From Escherichia coli (lineage in GTDB: Bacteria; Pseudomonadota; Gammaproteobacteria; Enterobacterales; Enterobacteriaceae), in the NCBI RefSeq assembly GCF_050920415.1, contig NZ_CP169309.1: a DNA stretch of 64,000 nt; one strand, given 5' to 3'. Of the stretch, positions 22,132-34,281 are shown piece by piece. Below the pieces are notes generated by a model that was given only the letters and a program-made list of their open reading frames with translations, did not search any database and was not told where the DNA came from. Positions within the stretch are counted from its first letter, which is position 1; each line of letters opens with the position of its first letter. The position numbers and the translations under genes were made by a program.

Positions 22132-25100
22132 TTGATTTAATGAATTTAACTTTTCAGTACAGCACGTAAAATAACTAAAACACCCTTGTTCTTTGGCGGT
22201 GCTCAGCCACCGCCACTATTATTCATGGTTTAGCAAATTTACGGCTAATTCATTATTTCTGGTCATATTATAGTCAGGATCGTTTTATACCTCCGTGCTA
22301 GAAAAAACACGTTTAATTCTGTTTTTTCACGGAAGGTCACTATGGCTTCGACAAATGCGCAGCAAATAAAAAATAATGATCAAAACTCTTTATGCGGTCT
22401 GGGTGACAAAATACGCCGCCTGGCCGCCGGAGTTTGTTTATTCACACAAATTTTTTTCCCCGTCATCGCGACGGCACAAAATGTGGTACACGCTAAACCC
22501 CAGATGACAGTTTCATCTCCTCCCCCTCTTACAGAAAATAAAACCGTACCTTACACGCTTGGCGCGCTGGAATCAGCGCAAAGTGTTGCTGACCGGTTCG
22601 GTATTTCACTGGAAGAGCTTCGTCGTCTTAATCAGTTTCGTACTTTTGCTCGCGGCTTTGATAACGTGCGTCAGGGTGAAGAACTGGATGTTCCGGCAAC
22701 AACCTCGCAGAGAAGTCATGAGCTACAAAATGCCGTATCACCGGCGAATGCCGAAAACACACTGGAGAATCAAATAGCCAGTACTTCACAGCGAGTTGGC
22801 ACTCTGCTTTCACAAGGTATGAATAGTGAGCAGGCGAGCAGCATGGCGCGTGGTTGGGCGTCTTCAGAAGCCTCTGGCACGATGACTGATTGGTTAAATA
22901 ACTTTGGCACCGCGAAAATCTCTCTGGGCGTGGATGAAGATTTTAGCCTGAAAAATTCGGAATTCGACTTCCTGCATCCATGGTATGACACACCCGATTA
23001 TCTGCTCTTCAGCCAGCATACCCTTCATCGAACGGACGATCGCACCCAGATCAACACCGGTTTAGGCTGGCGTTACTTCACCCCCAGTTGGATGTCAGGC
23101 ATCAACCTGTTTTTTGATCACGACCTGAGCCGCTATCACTCCCGCGCGGGACTTGGCGCAGAATACTGGCGTGACTATCTGAAGTTGAGCAGCAATGCTT
23201 ATATCGGCCTGACCGGCTGGCGTAGCGCACCAGAATTGAATAATGACTACGAAGCCCGCCCGGCTAACGGCTGGGATTTACGCGCAGAAGGCTGGTTACC
23301 TGCCTGGCCGCATCTGGGTGGAAAACTGGTCTATGAACAATACTATGGCGATGAAGTGGCGCTGTTTGACAAGAATGATCGTCAAAGTAATCCCCATGCT
23401 ATTACCGCAGGCCTCAACTATACCCCCTTCCCGCTTCTGACTCTCAGTGCAGAGCAGCGTCAGGGGAAACAAGGTGAAAATGACTCACGGTTTGCCGTTG
23501 ATCTGACCTGGCAACCCAGCAGCTCAATGCAGAAACAGCTTAACCCGGACGAAGTGGCCGGACGGCGCAGTCTGGCCGGTAGTCGTTATGACCTGATTGA
23601 TCGCAACAACAACATCGTTCTGGAATACCGCAAGAAAGAGCTTATCCGCCTGAGTCTGCTGGACCCAGTGAAAGGGAAATCGGGAGAAATAAAATCGCTG
23701 GTTTCCTCGCTACAGACCAAATATGCCCTGAAAGGCTATAAAATCGACGCTGCTGCGCTGGAATCTGCTGGAGGAAAAGTCAGCACTTCCGGAAAAGATA
23801 TCACGGTCACGCTGCCTGGTTACCGCTTCACTAACACCCCGGAAACCGATAATACGTGGCCGATAGACGTTACCGCTGAGGATGTAAAAGGTAATCTGTC
23901 ACATCGTGAGCAAAGCATGGTCGTCATCCAGGCTCCGACATTAAGCCAGAAAGATTCTCTGTTATCCGTTAATCCGCTAACCCTGGCAGCAGATAAAAAA
24001 TCGACTACCACATTGACTGTGACTGCGCACGATTCCGACGGAACTCCGGTTCCGGGGCTGGCACTGCAAACCCGCAGTGAAGGTGTTCAGGATATCACGC
24101 TGTCTGACTGGACAGATAACGGGGATGGTAGCTACACACAGATGCTGACTGCAGGAACGACTTCAGGTTCAGTAACACTGACACCGCAACTTAACGGTGA
24201 GAGTGCGGTAAAAGAATCCATCGTCGTTAATATCGTCCCTGTTGTCTCATCCCGCGACCATTCTTCAATATCCATAGATAACATATTGTATTATGCCGGA
24301 GACGACATCAAAGTCAGGGTAGAACTGAAAGACGACAACAATAAACCGGTTGAATATCAAGAAGACGCGTTGGTAAAAGCCGTCACTGTCGAGAACAGCA
24401 AACCAGGCGCCACGGTTGTCTGGCACGAAGAGCATCCGGGCGTTTATGCAGCGAATTATCCGGCCCATAAGCAAGGAGCAGCCCTGAGGGCACAACTTAG
24501 CCTTCACAACTGGAATACTCCTCTGCAATCGCATATTTATAATATCGAAGCAAACCAGAATAAGGCTCACGTCGCTACATTATCCGCAACGAATAATGAC
24601 GTTTACGCCGATAAAAAGACGTTTAATACCATCACTATTAACGTCACTGATGAGAGTGATAATCCCCTGAGAAATCATCAGGTCACCTTTAAGAATGAGA
24701 AAGGAAGCGCGGAATTTGTAGAACCGACGCAACAAAATACTGATGCACATGGTGTTGCCACAATCAACATGATAAGTCAGGTTGCGGAAGAAAATACGAT
24801 TAGCGCTACGCTGCCAAATGGTTCTACTCAACGGGTAACTGCGAAATTTGTTAGCGATTCGAATACGCCAAAACTCAAACAACTGGTTGCCGCTCCAGAT
24901 ACCATTAGTGCTGGTAATAGCCAGGGTAGTACCCTGACCGCCACCGTCACAGACTTTCATAACAACCCGTTAAAAGATATGAAAGTGAATTTTGTGGCAC
25001 CAACTGACTCGCAACTGGACAACACGACCGCCACAACTGACCAGTCCGGGATTGCGCGGGTGCACCTGACCAGTTCAAAAGCAGGTAACTATACCGTCGA

Positions 25101-26047
25101 TGCCTCGCTTGAGGCGGATAAAAATATTCACCAGTCGGTTACGGTTACCGTGGTCCCAAACAGGGAACAATCGGTAATTATTTTGAATGCCGGATCGGGC
25201 AGTACGATTGCTAACAATACAGATACCGTTACCCTGACTGCCAGTGTGAAAGATGTTTATGGACACTCACTACCGGATGAGGATGTGAAATTTACCTTGC
25301 CAGCATCTATGACAGGGAACTTCACGCTAAGTAGTGACACCGCTCGCACCGATTCAAACGGCAATGCCGTGGTCACATTGCGAGGCACAAAAGCGGGTGA
25401 GTTTACAGTGACGGCGACACTGAGCAGAAATAATACCAGTGCTAATCAGCTAGTCTATTTTATTGGGGATACAAGCAGCGCGCAGCTCCAGCCGCTGACT
25501 GCCTCATTAAATACCATAGTTGCTGGCAACAGTACGGGGAGTACCCTGACAGCAACGATCCTGGACGCTTACCAAAATCCGCTTAAAGACCAACAGGTCA
25601 CTTTCCAGAGTAACGATGTCACACTAAGCGGAACAGAAGTCACCACCAATACGCAGGGTCAAGCGACGGTAATAATGACCAGCAATATTGCCGGACAACA
25701 TAACGTAGTGGTGAGCCGGAAAGCGCAATCATCCGATAATAAAACGTTTAGTTTATCAGTGCTCCCGGATGAAAGTTCGGCGAAGATAATAAGTATAACC
25801 GGAGCCGAAAAAACGATAATGGTTGGCGAAAACATCACGCTACGAATACACGTACAGGATGCGTTTAATAACGTCATAGCCGGTCAACGCGTCAGATTAA
25901 GTGCGCTGCCAACAGCTAACATTACGATAGACGATACGGCTTACACCGATAATAACTAGACTGGCCCCCTGAATCTCCAGACAACCAGTATCACTTAAAT
26001 AAGTGATAGTCTTAATACTAGTTTTTAGACTAGTCATTGGAGAACAG

Positions 26048-26413
26048 ATGATTGATGTCTTAGGGCCGGAGAAACGCAGACGGCGTACCACACAGGAAAA
26101 GATCGCAATTGTTCAGCAGAGCTTTGAACCGGGGATGACGGTCTCCCTCGTTGCCCGGCAACATGGTGTAGCAGCCAGCCAGTTATTTCTCTGGCGTAAG
26201 CAATACCAGGAAGGAAGTCTTACTGCTGTCGCCGCCGGAGAACAGGTTGTTCCTGCCTCTGAACTTGCTGCCGCCATGAAGCAGATTAAAGAACTCCAGC
26301 GCCTGCTCGGCAAGAAAACGATGGAAAATGAACTCCTCAAAGAAGCCGTTGAATATGGACGGGCAAAAAAGTGGATAGCGCACGCGCCCTTATTGCCCGG
26401 GGATGGGGAGTAA
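26048..26413 (+). CDS. insC: IS2 transposase OrfA (InsC)
   Basis: 121 aa from [24 protein letters not shown], with HTH region. Confidence 0.9.
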
Positions 26414-27276
26414 GCTTAGTCAGCCGTTGTCTCCGGGTGTCGCGTGCGCAGTTGCACGTCATTCTCAGACGAACCGATGACTGGATGGATGGCCGCCGCA
26501 GTCGTCACACTGATGATACGGATGTGCTTCTCCGTATACACCATGTTATCGGAGAGCTGCCCACGTATGGTTATCGTCGGGTATGGGCGCTGCTTCGCAG
26601 ACAGGCAGAACTTGATGGTATGCCTGCGATCAATGCCAAACGTGTTTACCGGATCATGCGCCAGAATGCGCTGTTGCTTGAGCGAAAACCTGCTGTACCG
26701 CCATCGAAACGGGCACATACAGGCAGAGTGGCCGTGAAAGAAAGCAATCAGCGATGGTGCTCTGACGGGTTCGAGTTCTGCTGTGATAACGGAGAGAGAC
26801 TGCGTGTCACGTTCGCGCTGGACTGCTGTGATCGTGAGGCACTGCACTGGGCGGTGACTACTGGCGGCTTCAACAGTGAAACAGTACAGGACGTCATGCT
26901 GGGAGCGGTGGAACGCCGCTTCGGCAACGATCTTCCGTCGTCTCCAGTGGAGTGGCTGACGGATAATGGTTCATGCTACCGGGCTAATGAAACACGCCAG
27001 TTCGCCCGGATGTTGGGACTTGAACCGAAGAACACGGCGGTGCGGAGTCCGGAGAGTAACGGAATAGCAGAGAGCTTCGTGAAAACGATAAAGCGTGACT
27101 ACATCAGTATCATGCCCAAACCAGACGGGTTAACGGCAGCAAAGAACCTTGCAGAGGCGTTCGAGCATTATAACGAATGGCATCCGCATAGTGCGCTGGG
27201 TTATCGCTCGCCACGGGAATATCTGCGGCAGCGGGCTTGTAATGGGTTAAGTGATAACAGATGTCTGGAAATATAG
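26371..27276 (+). CDS. insD: IS2 transposase OrfB (InsD), DDE integrase-like catalytic domain
   Basis: 301-aa ORF overlapping insC in the -1 frame, the IS3-family frameshift arrangement. Confidence 0.9.
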
Positions 27277-29098
27277 GGGCAAATCCACTAACGGCTATGC
27301 GTACGTTAACCTTATCAGCACCCAGCCTGGGGTCTATCAGGTGACAGCATCGCTGGACAATAACAGTAGTCGTAAAGTTGACGTGAGTGTGGCAAAGGGC
27401 AAACTCGAGTTAACATCATCGAAGCCAGAAACCACGGTCCATAACAGTGAAGGTATTACACTGACCGCAACGGCAAGAAATATTCAGGATGAATTGATGC
27501 CGGGGCAAATTATCACCTTTAGCGTAACACCTGATGGTGCAACGCTAAGCAATACAGGGGAAATCCTGACTGATCAGTCAGGTCAGGCCAAAGTGACGCT
27601 GACCAGTGACAAAGTCAATGTATATACCGTTACGGCCACAATGGGCAAAGACGTTCCCGTTCAGAGCCAGGTGACGGTTGCGGTTAAGGCTGATGCTACA
27701 ACGGCACATGTTGTGAGTGTAGTGGCTTCTCCTGACACCATAATCGCCGACGGGGTTGATAGCAGCACCATCACTTCACGAGTAGAAGATGATTATGGAT
27801 TCCCGGTTGAAGGTGTCGACGTTAGTTACAGCTTAGACACCAAAGGCAGCCCGGTGATTAATAATCCAACTACGCGTACCGATCAGTCCGGGCAAGTCAC
27901 GGCGACAATAACAGGTACATTGGCAGAAGCTCTAATTGTCAATGTTCAGGTCCCTGGCACAGTCCACAAATCCGCAGCCATTACATTGATTCCTGGTACG
28001 GCAGATGAAAGTAAATCAACATTGAAATCTAGCGTTAGCTCTTTTATGGCTGACTTCCAGGAGAGCGCGACACTTACGTTAATATTGCAAGACAAGTACG
28101 GTAACCCGATAGTGACGTCTGATCATCTGGAATTTGTCCAGTCAGGTGCCTACGTGAACCTCCTGAAGTTGAGCAATATTGATTACAGCCAAAGAAATTA
28201 CGGCGAGTACACCGTCACTGTCACTGGCGGCGTAGAGGGCAGAGCGACTCTCATTCCTATGCTGAACGGTGTTCATCAAGCAAACTTAAGCATATCACTG
28301 GATCTTGTCCGCTCAATAAAAGACATGCACGGTCATGTAACAGTCAACAACCATACCTTCACAACGGCTACATTCCCCAGTGAAGGTTTTATAGGGGCGT
28401 ACTACACACTTAATGATGACAACTTTGAAGCGGGTAAAACCGTTAGTGATTATATGTTCACAAGTTCACAGAGTTGGGTGTCTGTCGATGCTTCAGGTAA
28501 AGTTTCTTTCACAAATACCGGCGACCAAACTTCAGTCGTAATAAGCGCTGTTCCCAGACAAGGAGGTACAACCTACCAGACATTAATTAAGCTGAAAGGC
28601 TGGTGGGTGAATCATGGGAATCAAACCAATATCTGGCTAACTGCCAATGCGTTCTGCAACGCGAAAAGTGATGGATATAATCTTCCTGGCGTCGCACATT
28701 TAACGTCTGGCGAAAACAAACGCACGTTGGGATCGCTATATGGTGAGTGGGGGAACGTTGGGGAGTTTTCCAGTGATTCGCAATTTACCGCGGGTGCTTA
28801 CTGGACCAATCAACAGGATGATTACAATAGTCACGTCTATGTGCAGATGCTGACGGGCAGGATTGGAAGCGACGCAGATTCCAGCGCTCAACTAACTGCC
28901 TGCCGTAAATCACTTTAATTTCTGAAGTAGTTATTAAAGGATACCCTTTTGCGAGGGTATCCTTTCAGACTCATGACAAAAGCCAAATTGCCTGATGCGC
29001 TACGCTTATCAGGCTTACACTATCTCTCTAATATATTGAATTTTTATGCTTTTGTAGGGAGCACAAGGCGTTTATGCCGCATCTGGCACGAGCAAACA

Positions 29099-29671
29099 TT
29101 AATCAGCTCTTTTCTCCGGGCACTCAAGAAACTCAACAGCAACCGTTGATGTCAGCCAGACCCCGTTTTCCGCTTGCCAGAAAGGGATGCCTCGTTTCGC
29201 CATTTCCTGTGCTTTGACGGTTAAAATAACCGGCGATCCGTGTCTTGCTCCCACTTTGCGTGCCGTTGCTTCATCAGCAGAGAGATGCACGTAATGACGC
29301 TCTCCTGGAATCAGCCCTTGTTTTTTTATCTCGTCAAGAAAGCGGCTTGCTGTACCGTGGTAGAGAAATTGTGGCGGTGTTTTTTCGGCAAAGGCAATGG
29401 CGACCTGCGAAGTCGAATGCCCCTGAACCGCGCGAATGCACCTACTATCACTGGAATAACTAAAACGCTTTTTATCGCTGGTGGCGACAACGGTATCCAG
29501 TAATGCACGGGTTAACCGCTTACCTGCTTTTTGTGCACAAAGTATGAGCTTATCAATATCCGCCCATCCTTCACGGTCAAGTACGATACCAATCGCCTCC
29601 GGTTTATGTCGGAGAACAAAACTTAAAAACTTGCTCGTATCCGCCAGCTCTTTTTCGTTGTACTTTGCCAT
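29099..29671 (-). CDS. kptA: RNA 2'-phosphotransferase KptA (Tpt1 family)
   Basis: About 184-190 aa ORF recognised as KptA ([25 protein letters not shown]...). Confidence 0.85.
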   Translation of the reverse strand: MAKYNEKELADTSKFLSFVLRHKPEAIGIVLDREGWADIDKLILCAQKAGKRLTRALLDTVVATSDKKRFSYSSDSRCIRAVQGHSTSQVAIAFAEKTPPQFLYHGTASRFLDEIKKQGLIPGERHYVHLSADEATARKVGARHGSPVILTVKAQEMAKRGIPFWQAENGVWLTSTVAVEFLECPEKRAD

Positions 29672-29920
29672 CGCATTTTCGTCCCTGGATTTTCCGTTTT
29701 TATTTACTCACGTCATTGTCACTGGATTTATGAATTTTCTGCAACGAAATCCTTCGCAGCATCTTGTTCAAACAGCGTAATTTTTCCGCTATGCAAAAAA
29801 CGCATAGCCAGAAACATACTTGCATTTTCCCCATACCCACATGGCTGATAAGGTTTTTCAGCTCCAGGAATTTTCCTGGCTAAAGCAACACACAAACACA
29901 AAAAAACAATGGGGATTGTT

Positions 29921-30604
29921 ATGACACAACAAGGGGATGCTGTAGCCGGGGAGCTGGCGACAGAAAAAGTTGGCATTAAAGGGTATCTGGCTTTTTTTCT
30001 TACCATAATCTTTTTTTCCGGTGTTTTTTCCGGGACAGACAGCTGGTGGCGCGTTTTTGATTTTTCCGTTCTGAACGGATCGTTTGGGCAACTGCCTGGT
30101 GCGAACGGAGCCACCACCTCATTTCGCGGCGCGGGTGGCGCGGGGGCTAAAGATGGCTTTCTCTTTGCGCTGGAGCTGGCACCATCAGTCATTCTCTCTC
30201 TGGGGATTATTTCAATTACCGATGGTCTTGGCGGATTACGCGCCGCGCAGCAGTTAATGACGCCAGTGCTAAAACCGTTGCTTGGCATTCCAGGCATCTG
30301 TTCGCTGGCGCTAATCGCTAACCTACAAAACACCGATGCTGCCGCCGGTATGACCAAAGAACTGGCACAGGAAGGAGAAATTACCGAACGCGATAAAGTG
30401 ATTTTCGCCGCATATCAAACCAGCGGTAGCGCCATTATCACCAACTACTTCTCTTCCGGCGTCGCGGTGTTTGCCTTTCTGGGGACGTCCGTAATCGTAC
30501 CTTTAGCCGTCATCCTGGTATTTAAATTTGTCGGTGCCAATATTTTGCGCGTCTGGCTTAACTTTGAAGAACGTCGCAACCCAACGCAAGGAGCGCAAGC
30601 ATGA
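29921..30604 (+). CDS. yjiH: Inner-membrane protein YjiH
   Basis: 227 aa from MTQQGDAVAG; hydrophobic; overlaps the yjiG start. Confidence 0.8.
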   Translation: MTQQGDAVAGELATEKVGIKGYLAFFLTIIFFSGVFSGTDSWWRVFDFSVLNGSFGQLPGANGATTSFRGAGGAGAKDGFLFALELAPSVILSLGIISITDGLGGLRAAQQLMTPVLKPLLGIPGICSLALIANLQNTDAAAGMTKELAQEGEITERDKVIFAAYQTSGSAIITNYFSSGVAVFAFLGTSVIVPLAVILVFKFVGANILRVWLNFEERRNPTQGAQA

Positions 30605-31062
30605 CAACTCAGGTCCGCAAAAATGTCATGGATATGTTTATCGATGGCGCGCGCCGTGGCTTTACTATCGCCACCACCAACCTGCTGCCCAACGTGGTGA
30701 TGGCATTTGTCATCATTCAGGCACTGAAAATTACTGGCCTGCTCGACTGGGTGGGGCATATCTGTGAACCCGTAATGGCGTTGTGGGGATTGCCAGGTGA
30801 AGCGGCAACCGTCCTTTTAGCCGCATTAATGAGTATGGGCGGCGCAGTCGGTGTTGCCGCCAGTCTGGCGACCGCTGGCGCATTAACTGGCCACGATGTC
30901 ACTGTTTTACTGCCTGCAATGTATTTAATGGGCAACCCGGTGCAAAATGTCGGTCGCTGCCTGGGGACAGCCGAAGTGAATGCCAAATATTATCCGCACA
31001 TCATTACGGTCTGCGTCATTAACGCATTGCTGTCGATCTGGGTTATGCAGCTTATTGTTTAA
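30601..31062 (+). CDS. yjiG: Inner-membrane protein YjiG
   Basis: 153-aa hydrophobic ORF; ATGA overlap with the yjiH stop. Confidence 0.8.
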   Translation: MTTQVRKNVMDMFIDGARRGFTIATTNLLPNVVMAFVIIQALKITGLLDWVGHICEPVMALWGLPGEAATVLLAALMSMGGAVGVAASLATAGALTGHDVTVLLPAMYLMGNPVQNVGRCLGTAEVNAKYYPHIITVCVINALLSIWVMQLIV

Positions 31063-31074
31063 CAAGGAGTTATC

Positions 31075-32247
31075 ATGATTGATTATTCCGCAGCCGGTTT
31101 TACCCTGCTGCAGGGAGCGCATTTGTATGCGCCGGAAGATCGGGGAATTTGCGATGTCCTCGTCGCTAACGGCAAAATTATCGCCGTTGCCAGCAATATC
31201 CCTTCTGACATCGTACCTGACTGCATGGTCGTCGATCTCCGCGGGCAGATCCTCTGCCCAGGTTTTATTGATCAACACGTCCATTTGATTGGCGGTGGCG
31301 GAGAAGCTGGTCCCACTACGCGTACGCCGGAAGTGGCGTTAAGTCGTCTGACAGAAGCGGGCGTCACGTCAGTGGTTGGACTGCTGGGCACCGACTCTGT
31401 CTCTCGCCACCCGGAATCCCTGCTCGCCAAGACCCGTGCGCTCAATGAGGAAGGCATCAGCGCCTGGATGCTGACCGGCGCTTATCATGTACCTTCCCGC
31501 ACCATTACAGGTTCCGTGGAAAAAGACGTGGCAATTATCGATCGCGTGATTGGCGTGAAATGCGCTATCTCTGATCACCGCTCTGCCGCACCGGACGTTT
31601 ATCACCTGGCCAATATGGCGGCGGAATCCCGCGTTGGCGGTTTGCTCGGCGGTAAGCCTGGCGTCACTGTGTTCCACATGGGCGACAGCAAAAAGGCATT
31701 GCAGCCTATCTATGACCTGCTGGAAAACTGCGATGTTCCCATCAATAAGTTGCTGCCGACCCACGTTAACCGCAACGTACCGTTGTTTGAGCAGGCGCTG
31801 GAGTTTGCGCGCAAAGGCGGTACCATCGACATCACCAGCAGCATTGACGAACCAGTCGCCCCTGCCGAAGGTATTGCCCGCGCCGTTCAGGCCGGTATTC
31901 CGCTGGCACGCGTCACCCTCAGCTCTGACGGCAACGGTAGCCAGCCGTTCTTCGATGACGAAGGGAATTTAACCCATATCGGTGTTGCAGGTTTTGAAAC
32001 GTTGCTGGAAACCGTGCAGGTGCTGGTCAAAGACTACGATTTCAGTATCAGCGATGCCCTGCGCCCGCTCACCAGTAGCGTAGCCGGTTTCCTTAACCTG
32101 AGCGGGAAAGGCGAAATTCTGCCAGGCAATGACGCAGACTTGCTGGTCATGACGCCAGAACTGCGCATTGAACAGGTATACGCTCGCGGCAAACTGATGG
32201 TTAAAGACGGCAAAGCCTGCGTGAAAGGAACGTTTGAAACGGCATAA
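31075..32247 (+). CDS. iadA: Isoaspartyl dipeptidase IadA
   Basis: 390-aa amidohydrolase-fold protein with metal-binding HVHLIGGGG motif. Confidence 0.9.
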   Translation: MIDYSAAGFTLLQGAHLYAPEDRGICDVLVANGKIIAVASNIPSDIVPDCMVVDLRGQILCPGFIDQHVHLIGGGGEAGPTTRTPEVALSRLTEAGVTSVVGLLGTDSVSRHPESLLAKTRALNEEGISAWMLTGAYHVPSRTITGSVEKDVAIIDRVIGVKCAISDHRSAAPDVYHLANMAAESRVGGLLGGKPGVTVFHMGDSKKALQPIYDLLENCDVPINKLLPTHVNRNVPLFEQALEFARKGGTIDITSSIDEPVAPAEGIARAVQAGIPLARVTLSSDGNGSQPFFDDEGNLTHIGVAGFETLLETVQVLVKDYDFSISDALRPLTSSVAGFLNLSGKGEILPGNDADLLVMTPELRIEQVYARGKLMVKDGKACVKGTFETA

Positions 32248-32311
32248 ACGGTTGTCAGCCGCCCGAATGGACGTAGAATGCCCGCAAGGGCGGCTGACAG
32301 AGTAAAACGTA

Positions 32312-33223
32312 ATGGATGACTGTGGTGCAGTTTTGCATAATATTGAAACAAAATGGCTTTATGATTTTCTGACCCTGGAAAAATGCCGCAACTTTTCCCA
32401 GGCGGCAGTCAGTCGCAACGTCTCACAACCCGCATTTAGCCGTCGCATCCGCGCGCTGGAACAGGCGATTGGCGTTGAATTGTTTAACCGCCAGGTGACA
32501 CCTCTGCAACTCTCGGAACAAGGAAAAATCTTCCATTCGCAGATCCGCCATCTGCTGCAACAGTTAGAGAGCAACCTTGCAGAACTGCGTGGCGGCAGCG
32601 ATTACGCGCAACGTAAAATCAAGGTAGCCGCTGCACACTCTCTTTCTCTCGGTCTTTTACCGTCCATTATCAGCCAGATGCCGCCGCTCTTTACCTGGGC
32701 GATTGAAGCCATTGATGTTGATGAAGCGGTCGATAAACTGCGTGAAGGGCAAAGCGACTGTATTTTTTCCTTTCATGACGAAGATTTGCTGGAAGCGCCG
32801 TTTGACCACATTCGCTTATTTGAATCTCAATTGTTCCCCGTCTGCGCCAGTGACGAACACGGAGAAGCACTTTTTAACCTCGCACAGCCACACTTTCCGT
32901 TACTGAATTACAGCCGCAACTCCTACATGGGGCGATTGATTAACCGTACCCTGACGCGCCACAGTGAGTTAAGTTTCAGCACCTTTTTTGTCTCGTCGAT
33001 GAGCGAGCTTTTAAAGCAGGTTGCCCTCGACGGCTGTGGGATTGCCTGGCTGCCGGAGTACGCCATCCAACAAGAAATTCGCAGCGGGAAGCTTATCGTT
33101 CTGAATCGGGACGAACTGGTGATCCCGATTCAGGCCTATGCATACCGGATGAATACCCGTATGAATCCCGTGGCCGAACGCTTCTGGCGCGAACTGCGCG
33201 AGCTGGAGATTGTGCTTAGCTGA
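32312..33223 (+). CDS. hypT: LysR-family hypochlorite-responsive regulator HypT (YjiE)
   Basis: 303-aa ORF with LysR-type N-terminal HTH ([23 protein letters not shown]). Confidence 0.85.
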   Translation: MDDCGAVLHNIETKWLYDFLTLEKCRNFSQAAVSRNVSQPAFSRRIRALEQAIGVELFNRQVTPLQLSEQGKIFHSQIRHLLQQLESNLAELRGGSDYAQRKIKVAAAHSLSLGLLPSIISQMPPLFTWAIEAIDVDEAVDKLREGQSDCIFSFHDEDLLEAPFDHIRLFESQLFPVCASDEHGEALFNLAQPHFPLLNYSRNSYMGRLINRTLTRHSELSFSTFFVSSMSELLKQVALDGCGIAWLPEYAIQQEIRSGKLIVLNRDELVIPIQAYAYRMNTRMNPVAERFWRELRELEIVLS

Positions 33224-33608
33224 CATTCTCCAGCGTCGCACTACACCAACCGCCACTATCCCAGACCAGATCATACGTTAGCGGTTCATCGTCGTGGTGC
33301 AGCATTATCTCAAGGCTGATCGCCAGCGTGTGGCTGTACGCTTCTTTCAAATTGACCTGCAACGCCGCAATCCGAGGCTCATGAAATAACAGTGCAGAAC
33401 GTAGTTGACGGCAATACCAGCTCTGGAGATGTTTGTCGCTCTGGTTATGCACTTGCCACTCAGGCATACCTGAAACAAGTAATGAAGGTAATGCCGAATG
33501 AGGAGAATTAAAAAGAGTGAGGAGATCGCTGCATACCGATTTACGCAGTGATAACGTTTTATTGCCTGAAATTTCAGGTGAAACAGCCTGAAGTGATTGG
33601 CGCATCAT
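33216..33608 (-). CDS. iraD: Anti-adaptor protein IraD (RssB inhibitor)
   Basis: About 130 aa; convergent with hypT and overlapping its 3' end by 8 bp. Confidence 0.75.
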   Translation of the reverse strand: MMRQSLQAVSPEISGNKTLSLRKSVCSDLLTLFNSPHSALPSLLVSGMPEWQVHNQSDKHLQSWYCRQLRSALLFHEPRIAALQVNLKEAYSHTLAISLEIMLHHDDEPLTYDLVWDSGGWCSATLENVS

Positions 33609-34281
33609 TTTGCGCACTCCTGACGTTTAGCAACATATGTGGCTTGCCCTGAATACCGGGCACCACTGTATTGATGCTCATTTTCCATAGCCATTCCCTT
33701 TTGTTCATTACATCCATGTCAGTCTGAGACAGGCCTGAATCCTGTCAGCAAAGTATAAAACCTTACTTGCCTATGAATATCTACTGACTTTTCAGGAAAA
33801 AAGTCATGATTTGATAAAAATCATCAAACTCAAAAAAAAACCGCTAGTATATTCTGAATATTCCGAATAGTTACGTAGATGAAAATACTTGTCACCGCCG
33901 CTACTTAATTTCGGTGGGAGATTATTTATTTCCGCATAATCAGCCATGCATTATTTGAAACAATTAGTTTGTAAATAATATAAATTGATAACATATCAAA
34001 TACATCAAAAACACCATTCACAGGCATTATTAATATAGACATCAATATAACAACATCAAATTCCAATTAGTAATAAGATATGCTTTTAAATTGCATGCAA
34101 ATAATTTTAAATGAGCGTTTTTTGATACTTTAGAGTGTTTCCCACCCTTTAATATCACTGTGTAGAGTTGATATCACTACAACAGAAACATGCATGTCAT
34201 TTGTTTACTTCTCTTTTTACTACAGAAAAATTTATCTATTTTTCTAAAACATCAGTGAAATACTCATAAAAGGTTATTAAT

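Larger units (their letters stand above)
25957..27287 (+). mobile_element. IS2 insertion sequence (IS3 family), 1331 bp
   Basis: Left end TAGACTGGCCCCCTGAATCTCCAGACAACC..., right end ...GGAAATATAGGGGCAAATCCA; two overlapping ORFs (insC, insD); flanking ATAAC / CTAAC near-identical 5-bp repeats. Confidence 0.9.
22342..28918 (+). pseudogene. Inverse autotransporter (intimin/invasin-family) adhesin gene, interrupted by IS2
   Basis: 5' part (22342..25956) has a LysM region, an intimin/invasin-type beta-barrel segment and many Big_1-like Ig repeats; 3' part (27288..28918) has more Ig repeats and a C-terminal lectin-like domain. The two parts are in the same frame once IS2 plus one 5-bp duplication is removed; the upstream ORF stops at the TAG formed by the first bases of IS2. 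Confidence 0.8.

Noticed and set aside
26416-26847. 143-aa minus-strand ORF inside IS2
   Set aside because: Antisense to insD within a well-defined IS2; not a known IS2 gene.
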